This document shows, piece by piece, positions 18,765 to 30,116 of a stretch of 43,988 nucleotides of DNA. Position 1 is the stretch's first letter. Each line of letters opens with the position of its first letter. Below the pieces are notes generated by a model. That model had not been told where the DNA came from. It ran no database searches and worked only from the letters and a program-made list of their open reading frames with translations. Made by a program: the position numbers and the translations under genes. Origin of the DNA: an uncultured Arcobacteraceae bacterium (GTDB lineage Bacteria; Campylobacterota; Campylobacteria; Campylobacterales; Arcobacteraceae); contig CAXHZO010000020.1 in the NCBI GenBank assembly GCA_964022095.1, positions 1 through 43,988 on the forward strand. Direction: 5' to 3'.

Positions 18765-20234
18765 ATGGCAAAAGTTACAACTATTATCGACATTGGGTCA
18801 AACTCAATGCGAATGGTTGTATTACAAAAAAGTAGTCGCTATGCTTTTAGTTTAATAAATGAAACTAAAAGTAGAGTGAAAATCTCAGAGGGTTGTTATG
18901 AGAATAACGGCAATCTTCAAGAAGTTCCTATGCAAAGAGCGTATGAATCTTTAAAATCTTTTTTAAATATATCTAATTCATTAAAATCAAGAAAAGTAAT
19001 TTGTGTAGCTACTTCAGCCCTTAGAGATGCTCCAAATTCAAAAGTTTTTTTATCTAAAGTAAAAAATGATTTTGGAATCAATATTAAAGTAATTGATGGT
19101 GAAAAAGAAGCATATTATGGTGGCGTTGCAGCATTAAATTTAATTGATAGCAAAGATTTTGTTACTGTTGATATCGGTGGAGGCTCTACGGAATTTTCAT
19201 TTATACATGACGGTAATATTACAAAATCAATTTCGTTGAATTTAGGAACTGTTAGATTAAAAGAGCTATATTTTAATAAAAATGATATAGATGGCGCAAG
19301 ATCATATATTTTAGATAATTTAAAAAAGATTTTTGATTTAGGTATTGAAATACCTAAAACTGTTGTGGGTATTGGTGGAAGTATTAGAGCTTTGACTAAG
19401 ATGATTATGAAAAAAGATGATTATCCTTTAGATGCTTTACATGGATATAAATATAAAGTGAAAAATGAAATCTCTTTATTTGAAGATATTGTTAATGCCC
19501 AAGATATAGATGAATTAAAAAAACTAAATGTAAAAAAAGATAGATTAGATACTATTAAAGAAGGTACATTTATTTTTAAAACTATTTTAGAAGAATTAAA
19601 CAGTTCAAATGTAATTACATCAGGAGCAGGGGTTAGAGAAGGTGTTTACTTAACTGATTTACTTAGAAATTGTAACCATAAGTTCCCTACAAACTTTAAC
19701 GTAAGTGTTAGAAGCTTGTTAGATAGGTATGGTATTGATAAAAAACAAAGTGCATACTTAGGAAGCAATGCAGGAAAAATATTCGATGTACTATCTCCTA
19801 TGCATGAACTTGATGAAAAATACAAAAACTTACTTATAGTTGCTTCAAAGCTTCACTCTATTGGATCGACTTTAAACTTTTATAAATCAAATGACAATGC
19901 TTTTGATTATATATTAAATGGTTTAAGTTATGACTTTTTACATATTTCAAGAGCTGTAGTTGCTCATACTATTAAATTTTCTAAAAAATCTCTACCTTCA
20001 AAAAGTGATATTGAAAAATATGAAAGACTTTTACCTGATATTGAAGTTATAAGATGGATGAGTTTTATGATCTCTTTAAATTTATCAGTAAATTTAGATT
20101 ACTCAAGACCAAAAGTTAATTATGAATTAATTGATGATACTTTAACTTTGGAATTACCTAATAATTCCTTTTTAATTCAATCTAATATAGAAAAATTAGA
20201 AAGTCCTAAAGAATTAAATATTAAAATAGTGTAA
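18765..20234 (+). CDS. ppx: Ppx/GppA exopolyphosphatase
   Basis: IDIGSNSMR, ATSALRDAPN, EKEA, DIGGGSTE, GVREG motifs. Confidence 0.93.
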   Translation: MAKVTTIIDIGSNSMRMVVLQKSSRYAFSLINETKSRVKISEGCYENNGNLQEVPMQRAYESLKSFLNISNSLKSRKVICVATSALRDAPNSKVFLSKVKNDFGINIKVIDGEKEAYYGGVAALNLIDSKDFVTVDIGGGSTEFSFIHDGNITKSISLNLGTVRLKELYFNKNDIDGARSYILDNLKKIFDLGIEIPKTVVGIGGSIRALTKMIMKKDDYPLDALHGYKYKVKNEISLFEDIVNAQDIDELKKLNVKKDRLDTIKEGTFIFKTILEELNSSNVITSGAGVREGVYLTDLLRNCNHKFPTNFNVSVRSLLDRYGIDKKQSAYLGSNAGKIFDVLSPMHELDEKYKNLLIVASKLHSIGSTLNFYKSNDNAFDYILNGLSYDFLHISRAVVAHTIKFSKKSLPSKSDIEKYERLLPDIEVIRWMSFMISLNLSVNLDYSRPKVNYELIDDTLTLELPNNSFLIQSNIEKLESPKELNIKIV

Positions 20235-21139
20235 TGGAAAATATTATATATAAAATTTTTTTAGGATTAGTTTTTATCTTAAGAAAATCACCAAAAAAAA
20301 TAAGACGTGGCTTTTTTAAACTTATTGCTTATCTTGCATATATATTTGCAAGAAAAACTAACAATATTATAGAAGCTAATTTAAAATTAGTATTTGATAA
20401 TAAAATCACAAAAGATGAAATTAAAGATATTCAAAAATATTCATATTTTAATATGGTTTTGTGGGTTCAAACTTTAATTGAAAATCTAGATATTAGTGAT
20501 GATGAATTAAAACAAATAGTTACTATTGAAAATGAACATATCATTAAAGACTTACAAAAAGATGGTAAACCAATAATTGTCATTTCTGCTCATTATGGAA
20601 ATATGGAGATGTTAAGTACTTATATGAATAAATTTGTAACACCTTTACATCAAGTTGCTAGACAATCTAATTTTAAACAAATAGATGAGTTTATTGTAAA
20701 AGCAAGAGAAGCTTGTGGAAGTACTATTATCTTTAGAAATGGAGCTTTAAAGAAACTTGTTAAAGCATTGATGAAAAGGAATACTGTATCTTTAATTATT
20801 GATCAAAATATAAATTCAAAAGATGGTGAAGAAGTACTATTTTTAGGTAAAAAAGCAAATCAAACGGCTTCAAGTGCATCTTTAGCTAGAAAATTTGGTG
20901 CATATATTGTACCTGTTGCAATTTTTAATAAAAACGAATATAAATATCATATAAAAATCTACGAGCCAATAAAACCTATAAAAACTGAAAATGAAAAAGA
21001 AGACATAAAAATTATTTCTCAATTAGAAGCTAATGCAATTTCTGATATAATCTTAGAAGATAAAAAACAGTGGTTCTGGCCACATAAAAGATTTAAAAGC
21101 CACTATAGAGAGATATATGAAAAGAATATTAATAATTAG
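20234..21139 (+). CDS. htrB: lipid A late acyltransferase (LpxL/HtrB family)
   Basis: SAHYGNME, LIIDQN, QWFWPHKRFK motifs. Confidence 0.9.
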   Translation: MENIIYKIFLGLVFILRKSPKKIRRGFFKLIAYLAYIFARKTNNIIEANLKLVFDNKITKDEIKDIQKYSYFNMVLWVQTLIENLDISDDELKQIVTIENEHIIKDLQKDGKPIIVISAHYGNMEMLSTYMNKFVTPLHQVARQSNFKQIDEFIVKAREACGSTIIFRNGALKKLVKALMKRNTVSLIIDQNINSKDGEEVLFLGKKANQTASSASLARKFGAYIVPVAIFNKNEYKYHIKIYEPIKPIKTENEKEDIKIISQLEANAISDIILEDKKQWFWPHKRFKSHYREIYEKNINN

Positions 21140-21992
21140 TGATGGTAAACCAGGTCACTTAAATCAATCAATCGCCTTTTGTAAAATAAAAAATATAAGT
21201 TATGACATTGTAGAAGTTAAATTCAAATCTAAAATTCATAAGTTATTATCTTATGTTTTTGATAAAATAGATTTCTATACAGATGCTTTATATGAAGATT
21301 ATAGAAAATATTATTATGATTTTTATGATGCAGTTGTAAGTGCAGGTTCTTCAACATATTATCTTAATAAACTACTTAGCAAAGAAAATAGCATAAAGTC
21401 AATTGCTCTTATGTATCCTAAAGGTTATAAGACAAATAGCTTTGATTATATTATTGCACAAGAACATGATGAGTTCAAAAGTCAAGAAAATATTATAACT
21501 GTTCCATTGAATCTTTCATATTTAAAATCAAAAAATATAATTAAGCAAGATGAAGATAAAAAATCATTAGCTATTATTATTGGTGGTAATAATAAAGTTT
21601 TTAATATGGAAACTAGCAAAATTAGAGAATCAATTGAATCAATACTTGAACAATATCCAGAGTATTTAAAATATATTACAACATCAAGTAGAACTCCTCT
21701 TGAAGTAGAAGATTTAATACACGAGTATGAATTTGATTATAAGTTGATTTTTTCTAGAGAGCCTAACATTAACCCACTAGGTGATTTTGTTCATAATTGT
21801 GATAAGTTTTTTATTACTATTGATTCAACATCTATGATAAGTGAAATAAGAGCAAATAGCGATGCAAGTGTTGAAATAATTGATTTACAATCAAGAAAAG
21901 AAAATACGAAATACCATAGATTAGTTGAAAATGTAAAGAAGATAGATAAAAAAGTAGATTTTGAAAAGTTATTAGGGAAAGTTAAGATTTGA
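21117..21992 (+). CDS. ELM1/GtrOC1-family putative glycosyltransferase
   Basis: ISDGKPGHLNQS, QEHD, TTSSRTP, TIDSTSMISE motifs. Confidence 0.85.
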   Translation: MKRILIISDGKPGHLNQSIAFCKIKNISYDIVEVKFKSKIHKLLSYVFDKIDFYTDALYEDYRKYYYDFYDAVVSAGSSTYYLNKLLSKENSIKSIALMYPKGYKTNSFDYIIAQEHDEFKSQENIITVPLNLSYLKSKNIIKQDEDKKSLAIIIGGNNKVFNMETSKIRESIESILEQYPEYLKYITTSSRTPLEVEDLIHEYEFDYKLIFSREPNINPLGDFVHNCDKFFITIDSTSMISEIRANSDASVEIIDLQSRKENTKYHRLVENVKKIDKKVDFEKLLGKVKI

Positions 21993-23098
21993 GAATAGTA
22001 CAATTATTACCTGATTTAAATGAAGGTGGTGTTGAAAGAGGAGTTGTTGATTTGAATCGAGAACTCATTAAACATGATATCGATAATATTGTAATTAGTA
22101 ATGGTGGAAGGTTAGTTAATCAAATAATAAGTGATGGTGGAACTCATATACAGTTTGACGTTGCTAGTAAAAATATATTTTCTGTGTTTTCTAGAGTTAT
22201 TAAGCTTAGAAAAATTTTGAAAGATTTAAATCCAGATATATTACATGTTAGAAGTAGAGTTCCTGCCTGGTTGGTTTTTTTTGCAAATAAAGGTTTAAAT
22301 ATAAAACTTGTTAGCACAGTGCATGGGTATAACTCTATTAGTTTTTATAGTAAAATAATGACAAAAGCTGATACTATTATTTGTGGAAGTAAATTTATGA
22401 TTGAGCACATAATAAATCATTATAAAGCAAATAGAAAAAAAATTGTATTAATTCCTAGAGGTATAGATGAAGAGTATTTTAATAATCAAGGTTTTGATAA
22501 AGATTTCATCTCTCAACTTTTCGAAAAGTATGATTTAAAAGACAAAATTGTATTATCTCAAATAGCTAGAATAACACATTGGAAAGATCAAGAAACAACA
22601 ATAAGAGCTATTTCTCTTTTAAAAAAAACATATCCTAATATTAAATTGATACTTGTTGGAAGTTATAGTGAAGATAGAGAGAGTTATTACACAAGTTTAG
22701 TTAATTTAGTCAAAGAATTAAACTTAGATAAAAACGTAATATTTTTAGGCTTTACTGATAAAATTAAAGAAGTTTTATCTATTACTAATCTAAATATTTC
22801 ATCTTCATCTAAGCCTGAAACTTTTGGTAGAGCAAATGTTGAAGGAATGTTTTTAGGTGTTCCTTTAATTGCTACTAATATTGGTGCAACTAGTGATTAT
22901 GTATTAGAATCAAAAACAGGTTTCTTTTTTGAACCAAAAAATTACAAAGATTTATCTTTAAAAATAGAAAAGTCACTAATTTTAGATTTTGATAAAGAGT
23001 TTATTAAAAATTTTGCAAAAGATAATTTCACATTAAATAAAATGGTAGAAAGAAATCTTAGTGTTTACAATAATCTTTTAGGAAAACCAAATGTATAA
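21989..23098 (+). CDS. GT4 glycosyltransferase
   Basis: [33 protein letters not shown] (EX7E); TTG start overlapping the upstream stop. Confidence 0.9.
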   Translation: MRIVQLLPDLNEGGVERGVVDLNRELIKHDIDNIVISNGGRLVNQIISDGGTHIQFDVASKNIFSVFSRVIKLRKILKDLNPDILHVRSRVPAWLVFFANKGLNIKLVSTVHGYNSISFYSKIMTKADTIICGSKFMIEHIINHYKANRKKIVLIPRGIDEEYFNNQGFDKDFISQLFEKYDLKDKIVLSQIARITHWKDQETTIRAISLLKKTYPNIKLILVGSYSEDRESYYTSLVNLVKELNLDKNVIFLGFTDKIKEVLSITNLNISSSSKPETFGRANVEGMFLGVPLIATNIGATSDYVLESKTGFFFEPKNYKDLSLKIEKSLILDFDKEFIKNFAKDNFTLNKMVERNLSVYNNLLGKPNV

Positions 23099-24290
23099 AA
23101 TCGCTATAGCAGGTACAGGATACGTAGGACTTTCAAATGGAATCTTACTATCTCAACATAATGAAGTAATAGCACTAGATATAATTCCTGAAAAAGTTGA
23201 ACTTCTTAAAAATAAAAAATCTCCAATTGAAGATAAAGAAATAGAAGAATACCTGTTAAGAGATGATTTAAACTTTACTGCTACTTTAGATAAAAAAGAA
23301 GCCTATGAAAATGCTGATTTTGTAATCATTGCTACTCCTACTGATTATGATCCTGAAACTAACTACTTTAATACTAAATCAGTTGAATATGTAATTGCTG
23401 ATGTATTAGAAATAAACCCAAATGCAACAATGGTTATTAAATCAACTGTTCCTGTTGGATATACAAAAGAAGTATCACAAAAGTTTGATACAAATAATAT
23501 AATCTTCTCTCCTGAATTTTTAAGAGAAGGAAAAGCACTGTTTGATAATCTATATCCATCTAGAATCATAGTTGGAGAACAATCAAAAAGAGCTCAAACA
23601 TTTGCAAACCTTTTAAAGCAAGGTGCTATAAAAGAAGATATAGAAGTACTGTTTACTCATAGTACAGAAGCAGAAGCTATAAAACTGTTTAGTAATACAT
23701 ACTTAGCTATGAGAGTAGCATACTTTAATGAACTAGATTCTTATGCAGAGGCTCATGATTTAGATAGTAAACAAATAATCCAAGGTGTAGGATTAGATCC
23801 TAGAATTGGAAGTCATTATAATAACCCAAGCTTTGGATATGGTGGATATTGTTTACCAAAAGATACAAAACAATTAAGAGCAAATTATTCAGAAGTTCCA
23901 CATAATATAATATCTGCAATAGTTGATGCAAATACTACAAGAAAAGATTTTGTAGCAAAAGCTATTATAAAGAAGCTAGATTTTACAATGAATGATAATG
24001 TAAAAACAAATAAAATAGTAGGTATATATAGACTTATTATGAAAAGTGGAAGTGATAACTTTAGAGCAAGTGCAATACAAGGAATAATGAAAAGAATAAA
24101 AGCAAAAGGTATAGAAGTAGTAATCTATGAGCCAAACTTAGAAGAGGATGTATTTTTTAATTCAAAAGTAATTAAGAATCTAGATGAGTTCAAAGCTTTA
24201 AGTGATGTAATTGTAGCAAATAGAAAGAGCGATACTTTAGCTGATGTTGAGGCTAAGGTTTATACTCGTGATTTATTTGGTGAGGATTAG
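23091..24290 (+). CDS. ugd: UDP-glucose 6-dehydrogenase
   Basis: [40 protein letters not shown]. Confidence 0.96.
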   Translation: MYKIAIAGTGYVGLSNGILLSQHNEVIALDIIPEKVELLKNKKSPIEDKEIEEYLLRDDLNFTATLDKKEAYENADFVIIATPTDYDPETNYFNTKSVEYVIADVLEINPNATMVIKSTVPVGYTKEVSQKFDTNNIIFSPEFLREGKALFDNLYPSRIIVGEQSKRAQTFANLLKQGAIKEDIEVLFTHSTEAEAIKLFSNTYLAMRVAYFNELDSYAEAHDLDSKQIIQGVGLDPRIGSHYNNPSFGYGGYCLPKDTKQLRANYSEVPHNIISAIVDANTTRKDFVAKAIIKKLDFTMNDNVKTNKIVGIYRLIMKSGSDNFRASAIQGIMKRIKAKGIEVVIYEPNLEEDVFFNSKVIKNLDEFKALSDVIVANRKSDTLADVEAKVYTRDLFGED

Positions 24291-24296
24291 AAACAT

Positions 24297-25292
24297 ATGA
24301 GAATTATACATTGTGCACCTTTTAATATATTAACAAAAACAGGTGGGGCTTTATATGCAAACCCTATAAAAATATCGCAAGGTTTAATTCAAAACAATCA
24401 TTTTGTACATAATTTTGATTATAGAGATAGTTCTCGATATTTCTCTTTTCTAAGAAACAAAAAAAGTGGTCAAAAGAAAATGAATATTTTTTTTAAATCT
24501 TTAATTGATGATTTAAATCCAGATTTAATAATATTCGGACATGCTGAGTTAATACTTGAAGAGACATTTGAATATATAAAAAGAAAAAATATAAAAATGA
24601 TTTATTGGTATAACGATGTTCCTATCCAAAACTATTTTAAAAATATCGCACATTTTTTTGATTTGATTCTAACTACAGCTGGTGGAGAGTTTATCGAAGA
24701 CTTGAAAAAATATAATTCCAATGCCTTCTTTCTTCCTAATTTAGTAGATAAGAATATTGAAAAATATGAAGCTTTTAATAATAAGTGTGACATAGATCTA
24801 TTTTTTTCAGGTCGTCATGATGAAGAACGAGAGTCTTTAGTATTAAATCTAAATGAGAACTTAGAGAAAAATATAAAAACTAAATATATAGGTCAGAATA
24901 AAAAGTCTGTAGTTATCGGAGATGAATATCTCTCTTTAATCTCTAATTCAAAAATTTGTATTAATCATAATAGAGAATTTACTTTAGGATATGAATGGTA
25001 TACTTCAGATAGATTAATGCATATTATTGGTAACGGATCTTTCCCTTTAAGTACTAAAATTATAAATGCAGATGTATTTTTTGAAGATAAGTTAGAATAT
25101 TATGAGTCTAATATTGAATTAGTAGAAAAAATTAATTATTTCTTAGAAAATGAAGATGAAAGAATAGATAAATCAAAATGGCTACATGAAAGAGTACACT
25201 CTTTATTTAATTCAAAAAGAGTTTCAAATTATATATTAGATTTATTTAATGGGGACGATAAAGAACTAAAAAAATATGAGTGGTACAAATGA
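24297..25292 (+). CDS. CgeB-like (Glyco_trans_1_2) glycosyltransferase
   Basis: IYWYND, SKICIN, YTSDRLMH motifs; lies within LOS cluster. Confidence 0.75.
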   Translation: MRIIHCAPFNILTKTGGALYANPIKISQGLIQNNHFVHNFDYRDSSRYFSFLRNKKSGQKKMNIFFKSLIDDLNPDLIIFGHAELILEETFEYIKRKNIKMIYWYNDVPIQNYFKNIAHFFDLILTTAGGEFIEDLKKYNSNAFFLPNLVDKNIEKYEAFNNKCDIDLFFSGRHDEERESLVLNLNENLEKNIKTKYIGQNKKSVVIGDEYLSLISNSKICINHNREFTLGYEWYTSDRLMHIIGNGSFPLSTKIINADVFFEDKLEYYESNIELVEKINYFLENEDERIDKSKWLHERVHSLFNSKRVSNYILDLFNGDDKELKKYEWYK

Positions 25293-26260
25293 TAAAATAT
25301 CTGTTTCGAAAAAATAAAGATTATTCAAGATTTAATATTATAAAAAAACTTTTAAGTGATGTAAAAATAGATGATGATATTTACATATTACTACCCTTTT
25401 CAAAAAATCAATTTTTTAAGCATTTTTTTAAAAGAAATATCATTCTAAATGATTTTTTTATATCAAACTATGATACATATGTTTTTGATAGAAAAAAGAT
25501 TACAAACAAAAATCCAAGAGCATGGTGGAAATATTTTCAAGATTGGTTTAATTTTAGATTTTCAAAATATATACTAAGTGATACTATGGCTCATTTTAAA
25601 TATTGGGAAAAATTATTTGGAAAGTTTAAAGGTAAACATTTAGTTTTACCTGTTTTAGCAGATAAAGAGATTTATTTTCCAAGTAAAGATGAAAACGAAA
25701 GTGAAAAAGTAAAAATATTATTTTATGGTTCTTTTATTCCTTTACATGGAATAGATATTATATTAAAAGCTTTTTCTATTATGGAAAAAAATGGTTTAGA
25801 ATTTGAAGCTAGGATTGTTGGTAAGGGACAAATATTTAATGAAATGAAAACTCTTTTTGATGAATTAAATTTATCGAGTGTAACAATGAATGGTGAGTTT
25901 ATGTCAGAACAAGAATTAGCTAATTTAATTAGAGAGTATGATATTGTGCTAGGAATTTTTGGAAATAGTAACAAAGCTAAAAGTGTTATTCCTAATAAAG
26001 TTTATCAATCGACAGCTTGTAAAAAGTGTACTGTAACAATGAAAAGTGAAGTTGTAAATGAGTTTTACAGAAAAGAAGACTTAATTACTTGTGAAAATAA
26101 CGAAGCATCATTATCAAAAGTACTTAGTGATTTGATTAAAGATAAAGACCTAATAACTTCCACTGCAAATAATGGATTTAAAAGATTTGAGGAAATATAT
26201 GATAATGCTCATAAAGATTTAGAAAAATTCATAAAACAAATAGAAAAGGATCAAAAATGA
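25289..26260 (+). CDS. GT-B (GT4-like) glycosyltransferase
   Basis: [34 protein letters not shown] at 25289 overlaps the upstream TGA. Confidence 0.8.
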   Translation: MIKYLFRKNKDYSRFNIIKKLLSDVKIDDDIYILLPFSKNQFFKHFFKRNIILNDFFISNYDTYVFDRKKITNKNPRAWWKYFQDWFNFRFSKYILSDTMAHFKYWEKLFGKFKGKHLVLPVLADKEIYFPSKDENESEKVKILFYGSFIPLHGIDIILKAFSIMEKNGLEFEARIVGKGQIFNEMKTLFDELNLSSVTMNGEFMSEQELANLIREYDIVLGIFGNSNKAKSVIPNKVYQSTACKKCTVTMKSEVVNEFYRKEDLITCENNEASLSKVLSDLIKDKDLITSTANNGFKRFEEIYDNAHKDLEKFIKQIEKDQK

Positions 26261-27150
26261 AAGGAATAGTACTAGCAGGAGGGAGCGGAACAAGACTGTA
26301 CCCAATCACAAAAGGTGTTTCAAAACAATTAACGCCAATATATGATAAACCAATGATATTCTATCCCCTTTCAGTTCTAATGCTTTCTGGTATTAATGAA
26401 ATTCTTATTATTACAACACCTCAAGATCAAGATAGCTTTAAAAACCTTCTTGGTGATGGAAGTGATTATGGTCTAAAATTAGAATATGTAGTTCAACCAA
26501 GCCCTGATGGATTAGCTCAAGCTTTTATTCTAGGTGAAGAGTTTTTAGATGGAGATGATGCTTGCTTAGTTTTAGGTGATAATATTTTTTATGGTCATGG
26601 ATTAACTGACCTTTTAGCTAACTCTATAAAAAATATTAAAGATGAAAATAAAGCAACAGTATTTGGATACTATGTAAATGATCCCCAAAGATATGGAGTT
26701 GCTGGATTTGATGAAAATGGCAATGTAACTTCTATTGAAGAAAAACCAGAGAATCCAAAATCAAACTATGCTGTAGTTGGTCTTTACTTCTACCCAAATG
26801 ATGTAGTACAAAAAGCAAAAGAAGTAAAACCATCACATAGAGGTGAACTAGAAATCACAACTTTAAATGAAATGTACCTTCATGAGCAAAGACTAAAAGT
26901 AGAACTTATGGGTAGAGGATACGCTTGGCTTGATACAGGAACACATGAAAGTATGCTAGAAGCTAGTAACTTTATTCAAACAATAGAACATAGACAAGGT
27001 CTTAAAGTAGCATGTTTAGAAGAAATAGCATATGAAATGGGATATATCTCAAAAGAGAAACTTCTAGAACTAGCTCAACCTCTAAAAAAGAACCAATATG
27101 GTCAATACCTAATTAAAAGAGCAAATCAACCAAGAGGAATGGGTAGATAA
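26257..27150 (+). CDS. rmlA: glucose-1-phosphate thymidylyltransferase
   Basis: [35 protein letters not shown]. Confidence 0.98.
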   Translation: MKGIVLAGGSGTRLYPITKGVSKQLTPIYDKPMIFYPLSVLMLSGINEILIITTPQDQDSFKNLLGDGSDYGLKLEYVVQPSPDGLAQAFILGEEFLDGDDACLVLGDNIFYGHGLTDLLANSIKNIKDENKATVFGYYVNDPQRYGVAGFDENGNVTSIEEKPENPKSNYAVVGLYFYPNDVVQKAKEVKPSHRGELEITTLNEMYLHEQRLKVELMGRGYAWLDTGTHESMLEASNFIQTIEHRQGLKVACLEEIAYEMGYISKEKLLELAQPLKKNQYGQYLIKRANQPRGMGR

Positions 27151-27734
27151 TGAAATTTACTAGAACTAAAATAGAAGATGTAGTAATTGTTGAACCAACT
27201 GTTCATGGTGATCATAGAGGATACTTTGTAGAAACTTTTAGAGAAGATAAATTACAAGAATTTTTAGGATATAAAATAAACTTCTGCCAAGATAATGAAT
27301 CAAAAAGCTCAAAAGGAGTTTTAAGAGGACTTCACTATCAACTTCCTCCTCATGCTCAAACAAAACTAGTAAGAGTAATCTCTGGTTCTGTATTAGATGT
27401 AGCAGTTGATATTAGAAAAAACTCTCCTACCTTTGGACAACATGTAGCTGTTAAGCTTACAGCAGAAAATAAGAAACAACTGTTAGTTCCAAGAGGATTT
27501 GCCCATGGCTTTGTAGTATTAGAAAATGATACAACATTTGCATATAAAGTAGATTCTTACTATTCTCCAAAGTGTGATAGAGGAATAGCATTTGATGATA
27601 GTGATTTAAATATTGATTGGACTTTAGGTCATGATGAATTAAAACTATCAGATAAAGACACAAAACAACCAAAACTATTTTCTATAAAAGATGATAAAGA
27701 AATATTTGAATTTGGAGTTAATTATTATGAGTAG
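27150..27734 (+). CDS. rmlC: dTDP-4-dehydrorhamnose 3,5-epimerase
   Basis: DHRGYF, QDNES, GVLRGLHYQ, GFAHGF. Confidence 0.97.
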   Translation: MKFTRTKIEDVVIVEPTVHGDHRGYFVETFREDKLQEFLGYKINFCQDNESKSSKGVLRGLHYQLPPHAQTKLVRVISGSVLDVAVDIRKNSPTFGQHVAVKLTAENKKQLLVPRGFAHGFVVLENDTTFAYKVDSYYSPKCDRGIAFDDSDLNIDWTLGHDELKLSDKDTKQPKLFSIKDDKEIFEFGVNYYE

Positions 27735-28608
27735 TGCTCAAACTTTAAATATTTTAATAACAGGCTCAAATGGCCAATTAGGGAGTGAATTAAAAGAACT
27801 ATCTTCTAATTACTCATATAATTTCTTCTTTACTACAAGAGAAGATATAGATATCACCTCAAAAGAGTCTGTAAAAGAATACTGTGAATCAAATAATATA
27901 AATACTATTATTAACTGTGCAGCATATACTGCAGTTGATAAAGCAGAAACTGATGAAGAAAATGCAGATTTAATAAATCATAAAGCAGTTAAAAAACTAG
28001 CCTTAGTTTCAAATGAACTTAATATAAAACTAATTCATGTTTCAACTGATTATGTGTTTGATGGGAAAAACTTTAAACCATATTGTGAACAGTTCCAAAC
28101 AAACCCTCAAGGTGTATATGGTAAAACAAAACTTGATGGTGAAAATGAAATGATAAATATAAATCCATTAAACTCTGTAATTATTAGAACTTCGTGGGTT
28201 TATAGTTTTTATGGAAATAACTTCGTAAAAACAATGCTAAGATTAGGGAAAGAAAAAGAGAGCTTAGGTGTGATATTTGATCAAGTAGGAACTCCAACTT
28301 ATGCAAAAGATTTGGCATATACTATTTTAGAGATACTTCCAAAAATAGAAAATAAAAAAGTGCAAATATATAATTACTCAAATGAAGGAGTACTATCTTG
28401 GTATGACTTTGCAAAAGAGATTATGAAAATGGCAAAACTTGATTGTAAAATAAATCCAATTGAAACATATCAATATCCAACTCCTGCAAAAAGACCTCAT
28501 TACTCAATTTTAAATAAAGCAAAAATAAAAAAAGAGTTTGATATTGAGATTCCTTTTTGGAAAGATGGATTAGATGATTGCTTAAGAAGATTAGGAGAAA
28601 GAAAATAA
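27727..28608 (+). CDS. rmlD: dTDP-4-dehydrorhamnose reductase
   Basis: GSNGQLG, AAYTAVDKAE, STDYVFDG, YGKTK; ATG at 27727 has a GGAG SD and is preferred over 27691. Confidence 0.96.
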   Translation: MSSAQTLNILITGSNGQLGSELKELSSNYSYNFFFTTREDIDITSKESVKEYCESNNINTIINCAAYTAVDKAETDEENADLINHKAVKKLALVSNELNIKLIHVSTDYVFDGKNFKPYCEQFQTNPQGVYGKTKLDGENEMININPLNSVIIRTSWVYSFYGNNFVKTMLRLGKEKESLGVIFDQVGTPTYAKDLAYTILEILPKIENKKVQIYNYSNEGVLSWYDFAKEIMKMAKLDCKINPIETYQYPTPAKRPHYSILNKAKIKKEFDIEIPFWKDGLDDCLRRLGERK

Positions 28609-28610
28609 AT

Positions 28611-29642
28611 ATGTTTAATAACAATAATAAAACAGTATTAGTAACAGGATGTGCAGGATTTATAGGTGCAAACTTTGTACCATACTTTTTAGATACACAT
28701 GAAAATATAAATGTAGTAAATATAGATTTATTAACTTATGCAGGTGATTTAGAAAACCTAAAAGAAGTTGAGAATCATCCTAGATATAAATTTATAAAAG
28801 GTGATATCTGTAATAGAGAATTAATTGAGTTTATCTTTACTGAATATGATATAACAGGTGTAATACACTTTGCAGCAGAATCTCATGTTGATAACTCTAT
28901 TAAAAACCCAGGTGTGTTTGTACAAACTAATGTAAATGGTACATATACTTTAGTAGATGTAGCAAAGAAACATTGGATGAATAAACCTTTTGAATATAAA
29001 AAAGATTATCAAGATTGTAGATTCCATCATATATCTACAGATGAAGTATATGGAACACTTACAGATGATCCAAAAGATTTATTTACTGAAACCACGCCTT
29101 ATGCTCCAAATTCACCATATTCTGCTTCTAAAGCATCTAGTGATATGATTATTAGATCTTATGTAGAAACATTTGGAATGAACTGTGTTATTACAAACTG
29201 TTCTAATAACTATGGACCAAAACAACATGATGAGAAACTAATACCTACAATTATTAGAAATGCACTTCAAGGAAATCCTATTCCAATTTATGGAGATGGA
29301 AAGAATATTAGAGATTGGTTATATGTATTAGATCACTGTAAAGGGATAGATTTAGTTTATCATACAGGATTAAAAGGACAGACATATAATATTGGTGGAA
29401 GAAATGAGAGAACAAATTTACAAATAGTAAATAAAATTTGTGAGATTCTTGACCAAGAATTACCTAAAGCTAATTCTTCATATAAAGATTTAATAACATT
29501 TGTAGAAGATAGAGCAGGACATGATAGAAGATATGCAATAGATGCAACTAAGTTAGAAGATGAGCTTGGATGGAAGGCTGATGAAAACTTTGATTCTGGT
29601 ATTGTTAAGACTATTCAGTGGTATTTAGGGAAATATAATTAA
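28611..29642 (+). CDS. rmlB: dTDP-glucose 4,6-dehydratase
   Basis: GCAGFIG, AAESHVDNSI, ISTDEVYG, YSASK, RAGHDRRY; ATG at 28611 just after the rmlD stop. Confidence 0.97.
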   Translation: MFNNNNKTVLVTGCAGFIGANFVPYFLDTHENINVVNIDLLTYAGDLENLKEVENHPRYKFIKGDICNRELIEFIFTEYDITGVIHFAAESHVDNSIKNPGVFVQTNVNGTYTLVDVAKKHWMNKPFEYKKDYQDCRFHHISTDEVYGTLTDDPKDLFTETTPYAPNSPYSASKASSDMIIRSYVETFGMNCVITNCSNNYGPKQHDEKLIPTIIRNALQGNPIPIYGDGKNIRDWLYVLDHCKGIDLVYHTGLKGQTYNIGGRNERTNLQIVNKICEILDQELPKANSSYKDLITFVEDRAGHDRRYAIDATKLEDELGWKADENFDSGIVKTIQWYLGKYN

Positions 29643-29651
29643 GGAATATTA

Positions 29652-30116
29652 ATGGCTAAAAAAGTTTTACTTACTTATGGAACATTTGATATGTTTCATA
29701 TAGGACATTTAAGATTATTAAAAAGACTTAAAAAAAAATGTGATTATTTAATTGTAGGAGTATCTACAGATGACTTTAATCAATTAAAAGGGAAAAAGAC
29801 ATTAATATCATATAAGCAAAGAAAACAAATACTTGAGAGTATTAAGTATGTTGATAAAGTTATAGCAGAAAAAAATTGGGAACAAAAAGTTAATGATATT
29901 AAAAAATATGATGTAGATGTATTTGCAATGGGGGATGATTGGAAAGGTAAGTTTGATGAATTAAATAAATATTGTAAAGTTAAATATCTAAAAAGAACTA
30001 AACATATTTCAACTACACAATTAAAAAAATCTTTAACAAATTTTTTATCAATTCCTAAAGAAGATATAGTTAATGCTTTAGATATTTTAGAACAATTAAA
30101 AAAAGATTTATCGTGA
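29652..30116 (+). CDS. tagD: glycerol-3-phosphate cytidylyltransferase
   Basis: TYGTFDMFHIGH, MGDDWKGKFD, RTKHISTT. Confidence 0.9.
   Translation: MAKKVLLTYGTFDMFHIGHLRLLKRLKKKCDYLIVGVSTDDFNQLKGKKTLISYKQRKQILESIKYVDKVIAEKNWEQKVNDIKKYDVDVFAMGDDWKGKFDELNKYCKVKYLKRTKHISTTQLKKSLTNFLSIPKEDIVNALDILEQLKKDLS

Noticed and set aside
27691-28610. Track starts for rmlD (27691) and rmlB (28578)
   Set aside because: They create long overlaps with upstream genes; ATGs at 27727 and 28611 fit SD position and family N-termini better.
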